The notes beneath the pieces are model-generated. The model ran no database searches, was not told where the DNA came from, and was given only the letters and a program-made list of their open reading frames with translations. Shown here one piece after another: positions 59,713-64,000 of a stretch of DNA of 64,000 nucleotides. A program made the translations under genes and the position numbers. The DNA is from Minisyncoccia bacterium (GTDB taxonomy: Bacteria; Patescibacteriota; Minisyncoccia; Phycocordibacterales; CAIZLB01). Within the stretch, counting starts at the first letter, position 1; every line of letters begins with the position of its first letter. The DNA lies in contig JBGSHK010000012.1 in the NCBI GenBank assembly GCA_041752275.1, forward strand, positions 18,346-82,345. Direction: 5' to 3'.

Positions 59713-60487
59713 GGTTTTTTATTATTTTTTTCTTATATATTGATAACCATCCGATTGAATATTTTATAATAAGTGATATTTTACCAATAAGAGTTTGACT
59801 GTTTTCTTTTCCTATTAAAAGCATCTCTTTCAGTCCTTTTATTATTCCTCTTGCTGACTGTGAAGCCCCTAACTCTTCTTTTTTATAGTATCCAAAAACA
59901 ATATTTGAATATTCTATTTTTGGATTTGTTTTTAAAACCTTAACCCAAAAATCATAATCCCCAGCAACTTTATATTTTGTATTGAAACCATTAACTTTAT
60001 GAAAGAGTTCTCTTTTAAAAAAAACTCCAGGTTGTACCGGAATTCCTCCTGTATTTTTAAGTAAAGATTTTTTGTAAGTAAAAGGGAAGTCTGGTTTAAA
60101 AGTTTTAATAACATCACCGTCAATTACATCAACATAACCACATATAATATCAGTCTCAGGATTTGATTTAACTTTATTGAATATGTGTTCGTAAACCTTA
60201 TCATCGTAATAATTATCAGCATCAATCCAGGCAACAAATTGTCCAGTGGCTAGTCTAAAACCCTTATTCATTGCATCGGCTATACCTGTATCTTTTTCTG
60301 ACTGCCATACCATATTATATGTTCCTTGATATTTTTTTATTATATCTACTGTTTTGTCAGAAGATAATCCATCAACTATAATATGTTCAATATTTGGATT
60401 GTTTTGTTTTTTGATACTCAGTATACAGTTTTCAATTGTTTTCTCACTATTGAAAACTGGGGTTATGATTGATATTAATGGCTTCAT
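59702..60487 (-). CDS. glycosyltransferase family 2
   Basis: ISIITPVFNSEKTI and WIDADNYY (DxD). Confidence 0.8.
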   Translation of the reverse strand: MKPLISIITPVFNSEKTIENCILSIKKQNNPNIEHIIVDGLSSDKTVDIIKKYQGTYNMVWQSEKDTGIADAMNKGFRLATGQFVAWIDADNYYDDKVYEHIFNKVKSNPETDIICGYVDVIDGDVIKTFKPDFPFTYKKSLLKNTGGIPVQPGVFFKRELFHKVNGFNTKYKVAGDYDFWVKVLKTNPKIEYSNIVFGYYKKEELGASQSARGIIKGLKEMLLIGKENSQTLIGKISLIIKYSIGWLSIYKKKIIKNHVK

Positions 60488-60493
60488 GGTATG

Positions 60494-61144
60494 TTATCTG
60501 TTTTTAATTGCTACTATATGATATGCATTCTTCGGATTGTTATATACAATCGGCTGACTCATGTCACAAATCATACCACCGATAGTTATTGGTTTTATTT
60601 TTGGAATCCATAACTCTTTTCTTAAAGCTTTTAATCCAGATAATCCGAAGCATTTGAATCCAAGATCTGTAAAATCCTTCACTGTCCAACCTGACAAATG
60701 TCTCTGGTAAATATTTTCATCATATGTATCTTGCTCAACAAAATCATTTGGAGTGATAATTATAATTTTTTTTGCAATCCTCTCTAGTTTTGGAAGGAAG
60801 GTGATAAAATCTTCTCTTTTGATATGTTCTACAACATCAACCATTATGGCACAGTCGAAAGAATCTTCAGGAAAGTCCACTGTTAATATATCTTGCTCGA
60901 TATATTTTGTATGTATTTTCTCCACATCTATGTTGTTTTGAATATATGGATGGAAAATATCAACCCCAACAGAATATAATTCTAAATCAGGCTCTTTTTT
61001 GAGCATCTTAATAGGGGAATGAGGGCCACACCCTAAGTCTAGAACCTTGTCTCCTTTTTTTATTTCTTGCCTAAATATCTTTTCGATGATTTGGTCAGTT
61101 GAAGGATATATTTTTCTAAATGCTGATTTGATTATTTTTTTCAT
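60494..61144 (-). CDS. class I SAM-dependent methyltransferase
   Basis: Motif I VLDLGCGPHSP. Confidence 0.7.
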   Translation of the reverse strand: MKKIIKSAFRKIYPSTDQIIEKIFRQEIKKGDKVLDLGCGPHSPIKMLKKEPDLELYSVGVDIFHPYIQNNIDVEKIHTKYIEQDILTVDFPEDSFDCAIMVDVVEHIKREDFITFLPKLERIAKKIIIITPNDFVEQDTYDENIYQRHLSGWTVKDFTDLGFKCFGLSGLKALRKELWIPKIKPITIGGMICDMSQPIVYNNPKNAYHIVAIKNR

Positions 61145-61148
61145 ATAT

Positions 61149-62072
61149 TTATTTATTATTTAATATTATAGTTAACCCTTCTTCTAGTTTGACTGTAGCT
61201 TGCCAATTTAAATATTTCTTTGCTTTTTTTGTTGATAGTTTAAATCTCATCATCTCTCCATTCCTATCGGGAAGATAATGTGGGGTGGACTTTTTGTTTA
61301 GTATCATGGCTATTTTTGAATATAAATCATTAAGAGTTGTCTCTTTACTTGTTCCAATGTTAAATATCGGGGTATGTGTCCCGTCATTTTTATAGTCTAA
61401 GGCTGCAATATTAGCATTAGTTACATCATCAATAAAAACATAGTCTCTTGTTTTTGTACCATCTCCGTATATATTGGCTGATCTGTTATCTTTAATACTT
61501 CTAATATAATCAGCCATAGCACCACCTATTTGTCTTGGTCCATAGACCGTAGCGTATCGTAAAATTACATAATCTATATTATACGTTTTACCAAAGAATT
61601 CTAAATATTTTTCTGTTGAGGATTTGTTGATGATATAAGGATTATCAGGTATGATTTCATGATGTTCTGGTGTGGGTAAAATCTTTGTATTTCCATATAC
61701 AAAACCTGAAGATATTCCAATTATCTTTTTAACACCATATTTTTTAGAATTAAACATTATATTTAAATTTCCAACCAAACTTTTAATATCAAAAAGCGGA
61801 TCCTCTATAGATTTAGGTACAATAGTATTACATGCTAGGAGATAAACAATTTCTGGTTTCTCTTTTTTAATAATATCTTCAACTTTTGGATTATTAATAT
61901 CAATTTTATAAAACTTGGCTTTAGGGTTTATATTTTTTTTGTTTCCTGTACTTAGATTATCTATAATGATAACATTAGCCCCTTTTTCGATTAAGGTGTC
62001 TACAAGGTGAGAGCCTATGAATCCCGCACCACCTGTTACGAGTATTTTTTTATTTTTTAGTTTAGTTTTCAT
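61149..62072 (-). CDS. NAD-dependent epimerase/dehydratase (SDR, UDP-sugar 4-epimerase-like)
   Basis: Rossmann GGAGFIGSHL, with the catalytic S and YxxxK region. Confidence 0.85.
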   Translation of the reverse strand: MKTKLKNKKILVTGGAGFIGSHLVDTLIEKGANVIIIDNLSTGNKKNINPKAKFYKIDINNPKVEDIIKKEKPEIVYLLACNTIVPKSIEDPLFDIKSLVGNLNIMFNSKKYGVKKIIGISSGFVYGNTKILPTPEHHEIIPDNPYIINKSSTEKYLEFFGKTYNIDYVILRYATVYGPRQIGGAMADYIRSIKDNRSANIYGDGTKTRDYVFIDDVTNANIAALDYKNDGTHTPIFNIGTSKETTLNDLYSKIAMILNKKSTPHYLPDRNGEMMRFKLSTKKAKKYLNWQATVKLEEGLTIILNNK

Positions 62073-63006
62073 GTTGTTTTAAGACTTTAAGGATGTTGTT
62101 TATTGCGTTTTCATAAGTATATGATTTTATAATCTCTTGCTGTTTTCTGATTATATCAAAATATTCAGTTTTTGAAAGAGATAATGTATTGTCTATTGTT
62201 TCTTCAATATTTTCACCCTCTATGAATGATTCACCGAGAATATCTTTAAATTTTTGAATGTTAGTAATACCAAGTTGTCCATATGAGATGTTTTTAAACA
62301 CCCTACAAGGTAAGTAGTCAACTTCTGTTTGAAATCGTCCCGCTATTGCAGGTGCAATCCTTGACCGTCTCACAAAAAAAGTATTTAAAAAATCAGGTAT
62401 AAACCTTAACTGTATAAATCTCAAACCATGTTTTTTTAAGGCATTTTTTAATTCATTTATTTCATTTAAGTTTCCTCTATTTAGAGTATCGTTCCAAACA
62501 CTACCAACCCAAAATACAAGCTTGTTTTTACTGAAAACTGGCTGTTTAAATTCTTTAGCTAATAAATCGGTACCCCAAGGTTGATACAGGGTTTTTGTAT
62601 TTTTATCAAAATAGGTAACAGGACCCCATTTTTCAATATCTGGAATCGTATTTACAATATTGTTATAGACTTGTAAAAACATAAGTTTATCTTTGGGTAA
62701 TTTTTTTAGAAATATATCTTTAAAATTATGAAGACAGTAAAAAACATCATCACGTACAGGAAGGTTATATTCTTCGAAGGTATGTTTTTCAGGCACCATT
62801 TTTCCGACAGGGTCTGCAGAAATTATTAAATCACCTGGAAGTATGTATTTTATACTTTTCTTTTCGTCTTCAATCCATAAAGTACTATAACCAAGTTTTT
62901 TTGCGTTTTTGTAAAATGCCTGATGGATATGGCGATGGGTGTGATACTTATTTTTGAGTCCCCAGATGACTATTCTTTTTATTTTATTATTTGCGATGTT
63001 GTTCAT
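62062..63006 (-). CDS. hypothetical protein in glycan cluster (possible glycosyltransferase)
   Basis: 314-aa ORF overlapping the epimerase by 11 nt. No motif recognised. Confidence 0.4.
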   Translation of the reverse strand: MNNIANNKIKRIVIWGLKNKYHTHRHIHQAFYKNAKKLGYSTLWIEDEKKSIKYILPGDLIISADPVGKMVPEKHTFEEYNLPVRDDVFYCLHNFKDIFLKKLPKDKLMFLQVYNNIVNTIPDIEKWGPVTYFDKNTKTLYQPWGTDLLAKEFKQPVFSKNKLVFWVGSVWNDTLNRGNLNEINELKNALKKHGLRFIQLRFIPDFLNTFFVRRSRIAPAIAGRFQTEVDYLPCRVFKNISYGQLGITNIQKFKDILGESFIEGENIEETIDNTLSLSKTEYFDIIRKQQEIIKSYTYENAINNILKVLKQHEN

Positions 63007-63011
63007 ATTAA

Positions 63012-63860
63012 TTAAATTTTAAAATGTTTTTTTATTTGTTCGGCATAATCTGTACAAATTGCATCAGGTTTTATTTTTAAAACTTTCTCTAATCTTTTAA
63101 ATACAGTTTCTATGTTTATTCCATCTGGGTGTTTTTCTGTAGATTGTAGCATTGGTGAAGTCGCGTGTAGCTCAGGAGAGACAATGGCAACTAAAAACCC
63201 CAAATCCTTGATATGTTTTATGTTTTCTTCATTATATAACTCCTTTTCTACTCCAGAATAATCTTTTTTATCCCATTCATCAAGCCAAACCCAATCAAAT
63301 AGATTTTTATATTTTTCCAGAGATTCAATGTTAATTAGTGTATTTTCAGTACTACTATTAAAACGCTCTATGTCAAAAGTATGAGAAACCGACGGGGCAA
63401 TTTTAATATTTTTGTTTTTTGATTTTATGTATTGTGCTATTTCTATTTTAATATCAAATAAAAAGAATTTACTTAAATCACTTAGTGAAATAATATCAAT
63501 TATTTTGTCAATATTTTCTAGGTTAGATTGTAATTGTCCCTTGATATGAATTGCAGATATTGAATGATTATTTTGATATTTATCCATATAGTTAAGAATC
63601 TCTTCAAGAGTAATGATATTGTATTTATTAATCTCAATATCTTTTAATTCTGTTTCTTCTATCATTCTAGTATCTTTTCCGTTGGATATACGTTTTAAAT
63701 CTGAATCATGTAAGACTATAACTTGCCGATCTTTTGTCAATTGTATGTCAAATTCTAAACCGAAACCTTTTTTAAGTTGATCTAAAAAAGCCTCTTCGGT
63801 ACTTTCTAGATAAGGGTTATCTTCAATAATATTTATACCTCTATGTGTTATAAGATTCAT
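63012..63860 (-). CDS. glycerophosphodiester phosphodiesterase family protein
   Basis: HRG motif (ITHRGIN) and E.D...HD block (EFDIQLTKDRQVIVLHD). Confidence 0.7.
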   Translation of the reverse strand: MNLITHRGINIIEDNPYLESTEEAFLDQLKKGFGLEFDIQLTKDRQVIVLHDSDLKRISNGKDTRMIEETELKDIEINKYNIITLEEILNYMDKYQNNHSISAIHIKGQLQSNLENIDKIIDIISLSDLSKFFLFDIKIEIAQYIKSKNKNIKIAPSVSHTFDIERFNSSTENTLINIESLEKYKNLFDWVWLDEWDKKDYSGVEKELYNEENIKHIKDLGFLVAIVSPELHATSPMLQSTEKHPDGINIETVFKRLEKVLKIKPDAICTDYAEQIKKHFKI

Positions 63861-64000
63861 TTATGTATAATATGACTTATTTATAAAACTATTTCTTTTT
63901 CATCAAGCTTTTTTATAAATTTATTTAAATCTTCTGGAGTGCCTAATCCATGTATTTTACTAACCTGTATTTTGTCGGTAGCAATTTTTTTATGTTTCAA

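Overview
This is an AT-rich (about 30% GC, judged by eye), gene-dense bacterial segment. Streamlined housekeeping proteins such as a short DnaX and a short UvrC suggest a Patescibacteria/CPR-like genome, but that is inference.

Housekeeping genes I am confident about are eno, dus, dnaX, RNase J, secG, typA, lepA, miaA, rpsP, mreB, PBP2, uvrC, frr, rseP and three tRNAs (Leu, Glu, and a weaker Arg call).

The main accessory content is:
1. A copper-homeostasis operon (csoR, DUF305, copA, an HMA-domain permease fusion and a cupredoxin-like gene). A perfect 20-bp CsoR-type palindrome sits in the spacer of its promoter. A MacAB-like ABC efflux trio follows.
2. An orphan MazF-like toxin next to an EVE-domain gene.
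3. A 2-kb island of visibly higher GC holding two unknown genes, bounded by three hairpins. Two of these, and a third hairpin at 42984, carry the same loop CAAGAAAT.
4. A phage-like or integrative region at about 29.8-41.8 kb. It holds a stand-alone reverse transcriptase (QGxxSP and YSDD motifs, no endonuclease), a ParB-nuclease/DNA-methyltransferase fusion, a TerS-like gene, a terminase large subunit, a large serine recombinase, a P-loop ATPase fused to an NTF2-like domain (with a C8 tract in its promoter) and an acidic repeat protein. A 517-bp structured non-coding leader lies upstream of the reverse transcriptase.
5. Two copies of an 89-nt palindromic intergenic element with 11-bp terminal inverted repeats.
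6. A surface-glycan cluster at the 3' end: two tandem acyltransferase-3 paralogs, a GT11 fucosyltransferase, two GT2 glycosyltransferases, several methyltransferases, an epimerase and a GDPD-family enzyme.

The most promising candidate for an undescribed system is the reverse transcriptase with its large upstream non-coding region, which looks retron- or defence-RT-like; a group IIC intron is the main alternative. The serine recombinase and ATPase-NTF2 neighbourhood is the second candidate.
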